Below are positions 54,642 to 64,000 of a stretch of 64,000 nt of DNA, piece after piece. Each line of letters starts with the position of its first letter. Within the stretch, counting starts at the first letter, position 1. Origin of the DNA: an uncultured Gammaproteobacteria bacterium (GTDB lineage: Bacteria > Pseudomonadota > Gammaproteobacteria > Chromatiales > Chromatiaceae); the NCBI GenBank assembly GCA_963716875.1, contig CAVQUR010000016.1:168632-232631 (forward strand), written 5' to 3'. The notes below the pieces were generated by a model that worked only from the letters and a program-made list of their open reading frames with translations, searched no databases and had not been told where the DNA came from. The position numbers were made by a program, and so were the translations under genes.

Positions 54642-54715
54642 TGGAGGCTGAGCCCGGAATCGAACCGAGGTACACGGCTTTGCAGGCCGCTGCATAACCA
54701 CTCTGCCACCCAGCC
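54642..54715 (-). tRNA. tRNA-Cys (anticodon GCA)
   Basis: The reverse complement GGCTGGGTGGCAGAGTGGTTATGCAGCGGCCTGCAAAGCCGTGTACCTCGGTTCGATTCCGGGCTCAGCCTCCA folds as a cloverleaf: 7-bp acceptor, CTGCAAA anticodon loop, GGTTCGATTCC T-arm, encoded CCA. Confidence 0.93.
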
Positions 54716-54806
54716 AATATCAAACTTCTTAGCAAGCCATTACTACAGCAAGATACTGTATGACTCTGAAGAAAAAAGCCTCAGCATGGTCGAGGCTCTA
54801 TAACAA

Positions 54807-54882
<76 letters not shown>

Positions 54883-54958
54883 ATCATTCAGAACGAGTGC
54901 GTATTGTAGCGACCTTTAGTCGACTGTCAACTCCTTTATCATGCTAAATAATCTCATA

Positions 54959-55411
54959 TCATTCTTGTTGTCGTGTGTAAAGAAACGGGAGAGTGATGGT
55001 TATAACGCCATTTTCAACTGTCCTTTTCATATTCTCCGGATCAGCGTCACGCGGAATTGAAAATCTTCTTCTAAAGTTACGCGAACTACTTGAATAGCTA
55101 TAAAAACCCTGCTCTGACCTTTCTTCCTGCTGAAGTGATTGTTTGTTTTCGATTATAATAGTGTGGCCGACAATTTTAACTTGAATTGACTCTGGATCTA
55201 TTTCTCCACTGATGTATATACGGAGTTTATAACCTTCTTGATCCATTCCTTTATCCACCCATATTCTACCAAAGTTGCGGTATTGCATGGCTGATGGTGG
55301 TATAGGTGGCTGTAAAATTCGATTATTGTAAATATCAGGAACCTGGGCTTGTAACTCATTGAATAAACAACTCATTACAGTAGCCACTACTAATCTTTTG
55401 ATATTTTTCAT
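54959..55411 (-). CDS. Hsp20/alpha-crystallin-domain protein with predicted N-terminal signal peptide
   Basis: 150 aa. MKNIKRLVVATVMSCLFNELQA-Q is signal-like. ACD signature: GYKLRIYISGEIDPESIQVKIVGHTIIIENK..FRRRFSIPRDADPENMKRTVENGVITITLP. Confidence 0.7.
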   Translation of the reverse strand: MKNIKRLVVATVMSCLFNELQAQVPDIYNNRILQPPIPPSAMQYRNFGRIWVDKGMDQEGYKLRIYISGEIDPESIQVKIVGHTIIIENKQSLQQEERSEQGFYSYSSSSRNFRRRFSIPRDADPENMKRTVENGVITITLPFLYTRQQE

Positions 55412-55650
55412 GCATACTCCTTTATCATTTCATTATGATTATATCTGAAGCTTTATCATCAGATTCTTACATACACAATACATTCTCTGGATATATATCC
55501 ATATCTATTCCGTGAATAATATAAATGATACATAGATTTTTATACTTAGCCTATTCTAAAATAAGGTTTGAGATTGCTACGGCCATGCCTGCCCACAGTA
55601 AAAGAATGAATTTCAATCAAGGATATAGAAAGAATGGATAAAGCATATTG

Positions 55651-56229
55651 TTATCTTCTTGGTTGTTTCGATTGCCCTTTTCTATTGATGGGTAGTTTTA
55701 ATGCTGGCGTTTTATCCTTGTCTGCTTGCGTATTAGCTAACTCAATTTGGATAGTTTGCGTTTCGTCTCCCCTTTCAAAGTCGGCAGATTGTTTTTGAAC
55801 ATTCTTTAAGCGCCATCCGTTATGTATCATTCCAACCTCGAGTCGTACAATACTATTATTCGTGATGTCCCTCACTACTGCTACCCTTGATTCTGGACTG
55901 ATAACTATCCCCTCTAATGTCAACTTCAGTTGTGATAGGATTGTAGTATTATTCTTTTCTTGCTGCTCTTCTTCAAATGGCATCCTCCCCTGTACAAACA
56001 GAGGACGATTAAGTATTTCAACAAATTGAGAAATAGCAATATTTGATTGTGAAATATTATTTAGGATTTCAGAGTCCTGTTTTAAATCTTGTTTATTACC
56101 ATTATCAATATCCAAAGTCGTATTAATATCGTCCAAACCCTGCCATTCGATGTATATAACAAACATCAATAGCGTACAGATCAACAGGAGTATGAGCGTC
56201 AAACCATTTGCCATTCGATAAATATTCAT
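55651..56229 (-). CDS. T2SS GspC/XpsN-like inner-membrane component (HR-domain only, no PDZ)
   Basis: 192 aa. N-terminal TM (LTLILLLICTLLMFVIYI). The C-terminal LKLTLEGIVISPESRVAVVRDITNNSIVRLEVGMIHNGWRLKNVQKQSADFERGDETQTIQIEL resembles the GspC homology region. It follows gspM, as XpsN does in Xanthomonas-type clusters. Confidence 0.5.
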   Translation of the reverse strand: MNIYRMANGLTLILLLICTLLMFVIYIEWQGLDDINTTLDIDNGNKQDLKQDSEILNNISQSNIAISQFVEILNRPLFVQGRMPFEEEQQEKNNTTILSQLKLTLEGIVISPESRVAVVRDITNNSIVRLEVGMIHNGWRLKNVQKQSADFERGDETQTIQIELANTQADKDKTPALKLPINRKGQSKQPRR

Positions 56230-56819
56230 TGATCGCTCCCTCGTATATATCCTGAAACGTCAAATTGCACATCAAGGATTGTCGGTGCCTGCTCAATCTC
56301 ACTATTTCTTACCCGTCTCCTACTTATCACACGACTACGTATATTCATGTTATCGATGAATAAAAATGGGTTTCCAGTTTCTATTTTATATAGTATTGTA
56401 ACCAGTGATTTTAGGTTACTTCGCAACCTAACTTTTAAAGTAATTTGTGGTATAAGATCATTTTTCCTATTTGTAATTATCTGTGTACTGAGTATTTCAC
56501 CATTGGTTGGAACAATAATCTCCTTAATAATTTGCTGTATTTCAGCTGCTGCCAGTGATTCACTGGTACTCTTAAGATAACGTTTATCCGATAAATGATA
56601 TTTCTTTAATTTTACATACTGCGGTTCTAGACTTTGTCCAGCTACGGTGGTTCTTTTTAAGATAGATAACCGGTGTCTCATATCATCAATGATATCTGAA
56701 TAATGGCTGTTAACCTTCCATATTGGAACGACGATCGAAATTATAAAAGCAGTCATAATTAAGAGAAATAGTATTACTGCCAGATACTTTTGTTTTTTTG
56801 GATCCAGTTGACGAATCAC
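56226..56819 (-). CDS. gspM: T2SS protein GspM
   Basis: 197 aa. Single N-terminal TM, then a ferredoxin-like periplasmic part ending ..ILYKIETGNPFLFIDNMNI. Positioned after gspL with overlapping stop/start. Confidence 0.6.
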   Translation of the reverse strand: MIRQLDPKKQKYLAVILFLLIMTAFIISIVVPIWKVNSHYSDIIDDMRHRLSILKRTTVAGQSLEPQYVKLKKYHLSDKRYLKSTSESLAAAEIQQIIKEIIVPTNGEILSTQIITNRKNDLIPQITLKVRLRSNLKSLVTILYKIETGNPFLFIDNMNIRSRVISRRRVRNSEIEQAPTILDVQFDVSGYIRGSDQ

Positions 56820-57907
56820 TAGATTTCTTCCTGTTTTAATTGTGCCGACAAATGAAATCTTTCAGTATTATTTTGTCGATTTTGAGTCACAGGAGACCTG
56901 AACTGTGCATTACTGAAAATCTTAGATGCCTCCATGATAGGCAATAATGAGGCTGAAGAAACAGATTCTCCATATACATGTACTTCATTATCATTCACAT
57001 CAACCTGATTAACCCAAGTATCGTCTGGAATAATCTGTGTAAGTTCATCAATCACGTGCAACATAAGAGTTGAAGCATGTTTCTTATCCACAAGAAATAA
57101 TGCTTCTTCTTCCGCCTTGTCTACTTGTTTTCTTAGCTTCGTTATACTTTCCGCACTCTTAGTGTATTTATTCAACTCCGGCTCAAGACTCTCGATATAT
57201 TTGACTTTACTCCAGACCGGCAGGAACATCGAGACCAAGAGTAATAGACACAGGACTCCTGTCAGAGTGTAATTTATTACTTTTAGCGCATTTATCCTTT
57301 TTGCCCTTTTTTCTATTGGAAGAAGATTTATTTGTGAATAGTCATCTGTTTTATCGCCATGCACTGTGACAATATGTGGCCTGAATCCTATCTGATCAAG
57401 ACTTTGTAACAGCCCATCAACCCTATCCTTTGGCACTATGACAAGTTGCAGGTCAACCTTATTTTTTTGTTTATTTCTTGAAATCAAATTGTAATCGTAA
57501 TAGACCTGATTAGCTGTGAATGGTGTAAGTCTATCCATTTCGAATGACAATACTTCCCTCATGTTTTCCTCTGCCGGCATCGGAAAAGAAACATTCTTTT
57601 CTAAAACATGACGCTTAGGAACAGCTAATATCTTTTGCGTTACATTCGTCTCCCTGACTATACTCGATATCTGATTTGAAGTTAACTCATTGATGGGCAT
57701 TCTCTTTACATGGCTTTTTTTACTTCCAATAATTCTATGTATATCTATAAGATCGCCATCTATTTCAAGAATAAGTTTATTTGTATTAAATAGTAATTGT
57801 CGTATTGTTAATGGCAATATAGAGATCAACTCTTCTGTCCACCAAGACCAGAAATCCGCAATAGGGCGACTAACTAGATAACTCAATGTTGATTTCGATT
57901 CTTTCAT
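56819..57907 (-). CDS. gspL: T2SS protein GspL
   Basis: 362 aa. Cytoplasmic actin-like N-domain, central TM (VINYTLTGVLCLLLLVSMFLPVW), periplasmic C-domain. Lies between gspK and gspM. Confidence 0.6.
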   Translation of the reverse strand: MKESKSTLSYLVSRPIADFWSWWTEELISILPLTIRQLLFNTNKLILEIDGDLIDIHRIIGSKKSHVKRMPINELTSNQISSIVRETNVTQKILAVPKRHVLEKNVSFPMPAEENMREVLSFEMDRLTPFTANQVYYDYNLISRNKQKNKVDLQLVIVPKDRVDGLLQSLDQIGFRPHIVTVHGDKTDDYSQINLLPIEKRAKRINALKVINYTLTGVLCLLLLVSMFLPVWSKVKYIESLEPELNKYTKSAESITKLRKQVDKAEEEALFLVDKKHASTLMLHVIDELTQIIPDDTWVNQVDVNDNEVHVYGESVSSASLLPIMEASKIFSNAQFRSPVTQNRQNNTERFHLSAQLKQEEI

Positions 57908-57919
57908 ATTATTTTAATA

Positions 57920-58856
57920 TTATTGACTCGACTCTTGCCATGCTAATATAGTATAGGCATCATCTAGATTTTGAGCTGTATCCACATCAACCTCCAAACC
58001 AGCCATTGCGCCACTCGCAACTGTAGCCCATACCGAAATATGAAATACCTTACTTGCATTACCCCGAATAAGATCTGTAGGTAATCTATCTTCCAGTTGC
58101 GCCTCCATTTGATCTTCTAGTTGGGTGTCTATAGGTAATAGGTTGTCTAACTCAGAATCGATAAGTGTTGTATCTGAACCACCAAAAAGAATAGCAAGTT
58201 CTTTAGGAGCCAAGCTATGATTGATGGCGCTTTGACCCGAGAAAACAGTAATGTAAGGAGCTATAGTATTAAATATCGTTGTGTTCATACCCATAACATA
58301 ACGAAGTTCTCCAATACTGAAAAATGGACGATTGGATGGACCATAGTCAAAACCTTTACTTTTATAGTCAGCATCTTCTGCCCCGTTGAGTCTTTTAAGA
58401 TTATCAGAATCTTTCCAGTCCAAAATAGCATCAACTATGCCCGATACTTTCATGCTGTTCAAGTTGCACTCCAGAAAACAAAGTCTCCAAAACGTCGGAC
58501 GTTGCATGATTAATATCAACCAAACCCGCTGTATTACGAATCATGACCTGCACTTCTCCATCCGGCATTGTTAACAGATATGCTTGCCCATTGAATGCCC
58601 AACGGTCTTGTTCATTATTATTAAACAGTTCATATATTGCTCGATTTAATCCTGATTCTGCTAGTGCTCTGGCTTTTGCGCTTTCTACATGGTGCCTCGC
58701 TATTAGCATGTCCAATCTAACATTACGAGAATGACTTACACCAATCACACTTAAAAGTACGATAATCCATAATACTAAAACTAAAGCCACCCCTTTACAA
58801 TTTTGAACTTCCGATGTCTGCTTACTATTATTTTTCCAGATTCGCATCTTGTACAT
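57920..58856 (-). pseudogene. gspK: T2SS minor pseudopilin GspK, one frameshift near 58455-58475
   Basis: ORF 58431-58856 (KGVALVLVLWIIVLLSVIG..LVDINHATSDVLETLFSGV) continues in ORF 57920-58519 (..VSGIVDAILDWKDSDN..FFSIGELRYVMGM..). Confidence 0.7.
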
Positions 58857-58881
58857 GATAATAGTTTATATCTTATTGCAT

Positions 58882-59535
58882 CTAATTCTGCAAACTTATC
58901 TTAGATCTGAGTTCGACAGCAATATCCAGCCATGATTCCATTTTTTCTTCACTGGTTATCTCAATTTTTATTATCGAGGGATAAGTCTTTGTTGTGTCAT
59001 CCCACACATCATTCCACTCGAGAGGGCTATTTTTATCCTGTGACCCATAGTATAAATATTTAACTTTATCCAATCGTGATAATATCTTACGATTCGGACT
59101 ATTCCTCGTCACTTTGAAACCGTTCTTAGACGGATCATGCGGCTCAAAATATAGTAAGAGCGATAAGCTACCATCATCTTGCCTTTCATTCGTAACATAA
59201 TATTCATAGTACTCTACTACTTCTCTTCCCTGCGGTGCTGGCGCAATAAACTTCAAACCATCCTCTTCACCTTGGAAAGCAATAATTCTTGTTGCGCCAT
59301 CGTTCCAGTAAATAGGATATATCTGTTCGATTTTCTTTCGAATAAATTGTTCTGCAAATCTTGTTGTAGAATTCTTTGTAATTATATTTGCCGTTCCCTG
59401 CCATGTTCTGCTGCCAAGTCTCAATGCTGAATATGAGATGGTTATGATTAATGACAAGATTACAATTGAAACAAGAAGTTCAAGTAAGGTAAAACCTAAA
59501 TCTTTACCAGTCACTCTAAAACGCGTTCTAGCCAC
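58882..59535 (-). CDS. gspJ: T2SS minor pseudopilin GspJ
   Basis: 217 aa. Prepilin leader ..GKDLG/FTLLELLVSIVILSLI. Position after gspI. Confidence 0.7.
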   Translation of the reverse strand: MARTRFRVTGKDLGFTLLELLVSIVILSLIITISYSALRLGSRTWQGTANIITKNSTTRFAEQFIRKKIEQIYPIYWNDGATRIIAFQGEEDGLKFIAPAPQGREVVEYYEYYVTNERQDDGSLSLLLYFEPHDPSKNGFKVTRNSPNRKILSRLDKVKYLYYGSQDKNSPLEWNDVWDDTTKTYPSIIKIEITSEEKMESWLDIAVELRSKISLQN

Positions 59536-59680
59536 AATAACATCTAGCTTTTTCTGAAGAACTTGTATTTAACAAAAGAAATTACGTGCATATGTATGTA
59601 TTCTGCATAAGCATAACGATCCTGATAAGACCTGTCCAACTTGAAGGCGTGGATCGTTTTCTTGTAATTAATAGCGATTA

Positions 59681-60114
59681 TCAACCAGAATGGACGGTTA
59701 TTATATTCTTCTTTAATTTGATACTAGATAGTTCTATCCGTCTTGTAAGACCTCGTTCTAACCAACTTACCTCAACCATAATTCTGAACGCTGATACAGG
59801 ATATATTTCCTTTTCTGTCCTCTTCGTAAAAACTGTATGGTTCAACGATAGTCTGCCAGTTGTATCGAACACCGGAGACGCCGGCATCAGTGCCTGGCAA
59901 CAATTCATTTTCAACGCCTATTGATTGCAAGTTGTGACTCAGCAATCTGAACTGCATCAACATATTGTTGAGAAATAACTATGTTTTTTGTACCACTCGA
60001 AAATATCCTAAGCAGGACAGTGACCGACATTGCCAGGATTACAAAAGCCACAAGGACTTCCACTAACGATATGCCCGTGACTTTCCTTATCCCAATCCCC
60101 TTAATCACTAGCAT
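59681..60114 (-). pseudogene. gspI: T2SS minor pseudopilin GspI, about 2 frameshifts (about 59935, about 59800)
   Basis: MLVIKGIGIRKVTG/ISLVEVLVAFVILAMS..VQIAESQL (ORF 59911-60114), then LSHNLQSIGVENELLPG..YNWQTIVEPY.. (ORF 59772-59963), then ..YPVSAFRIMVEVSWLERG..IELSSIKL (ORF 59681-59914). The 3' end is uncertain. Confidence 0.6.
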
Positions 60115-60574
60115 GCCCTTCTTTTAGACTAATACTACCAGTAATCCAATCTACAATGAGTGAATATACCCGATCATTATTACTTAATGTGATTATCCCC
60201 CCTGAAGAACTACCGTCTGCAAAAAATGCAATAACAGGATTTTCATCATCTACAACTCGCAGTCCAATATGGCTTGCAGAAATCTTTATACTATTTGGTA
60301 GTATTTGCTCTTTTCCTTGATATTTATCCTCACTCGAATAGGCGCCTGTATTCTGATTGATTACTACCTGCGTCTTCTTACCTTTCAGAATCGCGATGTC
60401 ACGGACGTAGTTCAAATCCTGTAATAAATCATTAGTAACTGCTTTAAGTGTAAGTGACGGCAATGCATTGCTGAATAACGGCGGTACAAGAGTCATCAAA
60501 AGACTCATTATCATCAGCACGATCAACATCTCGAGCAGGGTAAATCCCCTGTAGTTGATCGGGTATACTTTCAT
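60101..60574 (-). CDS. gspH: T2SS minor pseudopilin GspH
   Basis: 157 aa. Leader ..NYRG/FTLLEMLIVLMIMSLL. Position between gspG and gspI. Confidence 0.7.
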   Translation of the reverse strand: MKVYPINYRGFTLLEMLIVLMIMSLLMTLVPPLFSNALPSLTLKAVTNDLLQDLNYVRDIAILKGKKTQVVINQNTGAYSSEDKYQGKEQILPNSIKISASHIGLRVVDDENPVIAFFADGSSSGGIITLSNNDRVYSLIVDWITGSISLKEGHASD

Positions 60575-60577
60575 ATA

Positions 60578-61006
60578 TCACCAACTCACGATGTCTTTAT
60601 TGTCACCTTCTCCACCCTCAGTACCATCCATTCCGAATGAATAAAGGTCATAGGGACCGTTTTCTCCAGGTGACTGATAGATATAATCATTCCCCCACGG
60701 GTCTTTCGGTATTGATTTTTTCTTTAAATAGGGACCATTCCAATTACTGAGGTCAGATGGCTTTTCTATCATAGCGGTCAAACCTTCGTCCGTCGTCGGA
60801 TAACGACCAATTTCCAAATAGAAAAGATCAAGGCCCGCACCAAACTCTGCTATCTGCAAACGAGCCGTATCACTCTTCGCGCCACCGAGGTAACTCAAGA
60901 CACGCGGTCCTACAAGTCCAGCAAGCAAACCAAGAATTACTAAAACAACCAATAATTCTATAAGAGTGAAACCTTTTATTGCCGATTTATTTGTTAATAA
61001 TTTCAT
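60578..61006 (-). CDS. gspG: T2SS major pseudopilin GspG
   Basis: ATG 61006 gives MKLLTNKSAIKG/FTLIELLVVLVILGLLAGLVGPRV..RYPTTDEGL..PYLKK..PKDPWGNDYIY..DLYSFGMDG, highly canonical for GspG. Confidence 0.9.
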   Translation of the reverse strand: MKLLTNKSAIKGFTLIELLVVLVILGLLAGLVGPRVLSYLGGAKSDTARLQIAEFGAGLDLFYLEIGRYPTTDEGLTAMIEKPSDLSNWNGPYLKKKSIPKDPWGNDYIYQSPGENGPYDLYSFGMDGTEGGEGDNKDIVSW

Positions 61007-61019
61007 TTTTCTATATTTG

Positions 61020-62236
61020 TTAAAATACGAGTTGATTAACACCCAAGATCGCCACAAGAATTGACATTACAATGCCGGCTATCAGCAAGCCGAGCGTCAA
61101 TATCAGGACAGGCTCCAATAAAGCCATCGCTCGCTTCACTGATGTACTCACTTCTTTATCAAATAAATCCGCCACTTGCGACAACATTTCCTCCAAATTA
61201 CCTGACTCTTCACCAACTTTAATCATATGGATTGCAAAAGGCGGGAAAGATGTATGCTCAGAAAGAGGGTCCGCTAAACGCTGCCCTGCTTTCAAACTAT
61301 TAACTACATTTCCGATCCCCTCAGAAATCACCTGATTACCGATTACATTTTTGACAATGGTTATTGCCCTCAGCAGTGGAACACCATTTGAAAGCAGTGT
61401 GCTAAGTGTTCGTGAGAATCTTGCTACTTCAACTTTTCGTAATCAAATCGCCCAATACAGGCACTTTCATGATTCTTGAATGCCAGCGATAACGTCCCTG
61501 GGGATTCATTAATTGCCGTCGCAACCACCACCAGCCAATCACGAAATGCAACCAATCCTAGCCAACCATAGCTTTGCAGTAGATCACCTGACATCATCAC
61601 AATTCGAGTTGCCAGAGGTAAGGATGCCCCCATCCCTTCAAAGAGCTCAGAAAATTGAGGGATCACATAGGCAAGCAGAATGAAAACCGACAAGAAAGCC
61701 ACGAAAAGCAGTATGGCTGGGTATATAAAGGCAGAGATCAACGTATCATTGATCTCTTTATTTTTTTCAAGGTGTTCAGATAATCTTTCTAGTACCACAA
61801 CCAGAGCACCACCTGCTTCACCGGCCCTCACCAGGCTGATATAGAGTGTGCTGAATGTTTTGTCCTGCATCTCTAATGCTGATGCCAAAGAACTACCATT
61901 CTGAACGTTATCTAATACTTGGATCAGTGTTTTTGAGATCGGTGATTTTTCTTCAGCAAGTGAAATTATCGTTGCTAATGCCCTGTCTAGAGGCATCCCG
62001 GCCTTTAACAATGAAGACAATTCTCGTGTAAATATGGCAATCTGTTCACTTGAAACTTTCTTTTTCAAGCTAAACGGACTTTTTGTCTGAATCGAACTTT
62101 CTGTAGTACTAACACGAATTGGGACTTGACCGAGACTGTGGATTCTCTCTATGGCGGCTTCTTTGGTCGCTTCTTCCAGCAAGCCTTTTATTACTTCACC
62201 TTCTGAAGTAACTGCTTTGTACGAAAAGTATGGCAC
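61020..62236 (-). pseudogene. gspF: T2SS inner-membrane platform protein GspF, 2 frameshifts (about 61556, about 61443)
   Basis: ORF 61424-62236 (MPYFSYKAVTSEGEVIKG..FTRELSSLLKAGMPLDRAL..) runs to ..GWLGLVAF. Then VIGWWWLRRQLMNPQGRYRWHSRIMKVPVLGDLITKS is in the second frame. Then EVARFSRTLSTLLSNGVPLLRAI.. continues into ORF 61020-61331. Confidence 0.85.
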
Positions 62237-63978
62237 CTACTTCTCCTGAGTGATACGAAGCACTTCTTGGATCGTTGTAATGCCTTCGGCTACTTTACGT
62301 ATTCCGTCTTCGTACATTGTACGCAGACCTTCCTTTCTTGCGGTCTGGTATATTGCATCTGCATCTGCATTGATGGATATCAACTTCCTGATTTCATGCG
62401 ATATCAGAAGAAACTCTATGATTGCGCTTCGTCCGAATAACCGGTATGACCACATTCCTCACAACCAGCGGCCTGATAAATAGTTCTGTTTGTACCCGTA
62501 AAATATTTATCAAGCTTGAGATTTGAAATTTCCTCATCTGATGGTGTATACGACTGCTTACATTTCGAGCATAGCTTGCGCACCAGACGTTGCGCCATAA
62601 TTGCGTTGACAGTTGATGCAATCAGATAATTTTCGACACCCATATCCAATAATCGAGTTATACTGCCAACTGCGTCATTGGTATGAATGGTGGAAAGAAC
62701 AAGGTGACCAGTCAATGCTGATTGAACCGCTATCTTTGCGGTTTCCTGGTCACGCATCTCACCGATCATAATGATATCCGGATCCTGCCGAACAATTGAG
62801 CGCAATGCGTTGGCAAATGTGAGACCGATATCTGCTTTGACTTGAATCTGATTGACACCTTGAATGTTATATTCAACCGGATCTTCAACAGTGATTATCT
62901 TGCGGTCAGGACGATTCAGGTGCTTGAGAGCTGCATAAAGCGTTGTGGTTTTACCACTTCCAGTCGGACCTGTAACTAGAATGATACCATGAGGAATATC
63001 AAGGACGTGGAGAATTTGTTTTATTAAACTTTCTTCAATTCCCAGGAAGCGAAAATCCAATTCGATATCGTTCCTGCGCAACAGCCTGAGTACCACACTT
63101 TCTCCATGCAAGGTGGGCAGTGTCGATACACGTAAATCGATTGTATCTCCATGAATTCTTACCTTGAAACGTCCATCCTGCGGTAGTCTGCGTTCGGCGA
63201 TATTGAGATTTGCCATGATTTTGATTCTGGATATGATCGCAGCAGTATCCTGAGAAGGTGGTGCGTCTTCATCCCGCAACATACCATCCACCCTGAATCT
63301 AACTCTAAGCAAGTTCTCAAAGGGTTCAATATGGATGTCTGAAGCGTTATTAACCGCTGCCTTATGTAGAATCTGATTAACCCTTTTAATTACCGGCGCT
63401 TCACTTGCCAGTTCCTTAAGTTGCTCTACATCATCTTTGAGTATCGCAGCATGGGTGCTCGCAGAAAAATCAGATTTTGACTTTCCACCAATTCTATCCG
63501 TCAGCAAACTCTCTAAGGATTGTTCAATCTCGGATAGGATACCGATTTTAACTACTATTTTCTTATCGGTTATCAGATCCAGTGCATCAAATACATATTT
63601 TTCAAATGGATCAGCAATTGCGGTTACCAAATAGTCCTGATCCTCATCGATCAATAAAACCTTATTCTCTTTCAGGAACTTTAAAGATACCCGTTCACTC
63701 TCAATCAATTCATCTGGATATTCTTTCTTCTCAATAACAGGAAAACTGCTATAGCTTGAGATTGCCGTGGCCAGGTCCTTATCAGACAAAAGACCAAGCT
63801 TAATAATCAAGGATATTAATGATTCCTGACCCGCCTGATCTGAGAAGAGCCGCATTGCACGATCAGCATCTGTATGGCTTATTTTGCCCGTTTTAACAAG
63901 GAACGCGCAAAATTCTCCCCGATCCAAATGTAAAATAGATCGATCAGCAGAGTTGGAGTTACCGACCCCGTCATTCAT
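62237..63978 (-). pseudogene. gspE: T2SS ATPase GspE, one frameshift near 62435-62455
   Basis: 520-aa ORF (Walker A GPTGSGKTTT, Asp box, Walker B GIILV.., His box, tetracysteine ..CSKC..GCEECGHTGY). The C-terminal SGRSAIIEFLLISHEIRKLI..EGITTIQEVLRITQEK* is in ORF 62237-62455. Confidence 0.9.
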
Positions 63979-64000
63979 AAAACCGGTAGTAAGTTGATTC

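Overview
GC-rich chromosomal segment, most likely from a sulfur-oxidising gammaproteobacterium; this is inferred from two Gly/Tyr-rich sulfur-globule-type envelope proteins and the overall gene content. No organism can be named from sequence alone.

**1-19.3 kb: intact genes.**
- EAL-domain gene tail and an esterase.
- Pyruvate dehydrogenase genes aceE-aceF-lpdA.
- Two Sgp-like genes.
- pyrC, mlaA and rnt.
- A lipoprotein, an HPPD/VOC-like gene and a TraL/ParA-like ATPase.
- An Anbu proteasome-homologue gene.

**19.3-45.3 kb: accessory genes that can only be read by switching frame, next to intact housekeeping genes.**
- Broken: Anbu-operon transglutaminase and ATP-grasp, Mrp/Mbh antiporter fragments, the lexA-dinB-SRAP-like cassette, DUF924, SCO1 and a GH100 invertase.
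- Also broken: a complete 9-gene N-type F1Fo ATPase operon, a Zn-dependent alcohol dehydrogenase, glgX and a DUF155 gene.
- Intact neighbours: alpha-E, a DsbA-like gene, a methyltransferase, tcdA and a prs-like gene.

**44.2-54.6 kb: lower-GC, decayed genomic island abutting the 3' end of tRNA-Cys (tRNA-Gly follows).**
- Orphan PIN toxin, integrase remnant, DUF4143 remnant and a DUF4338 fragment.
- An IS3-family element and a secreted 740-aa hydrolase.
- One large intact gene fusing an archaeo-eukaryotic-primase-like domain, an SF2 helicase and a DUF559/Vsr-like nuclease. This is my best candidate for an uncharacterised system.

**54.9-64 kb: very AT-rich type II secretion cluster.**
- Gene order is gspE-F-G-H-I-J-K-L-M plus a GspC/XpsN-like gene, with no secretin in the window.
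- Several genes are frameshifted.
- The cluster ends with a signal-peptide-bearing Hsp20 (alpha-crystallin) protein.

All calls come from reading the supplied translations and the DNA by eye. Frameshift positions are approximate, and I cannot distinguish real pseudogenisation from assembly indels without reads.
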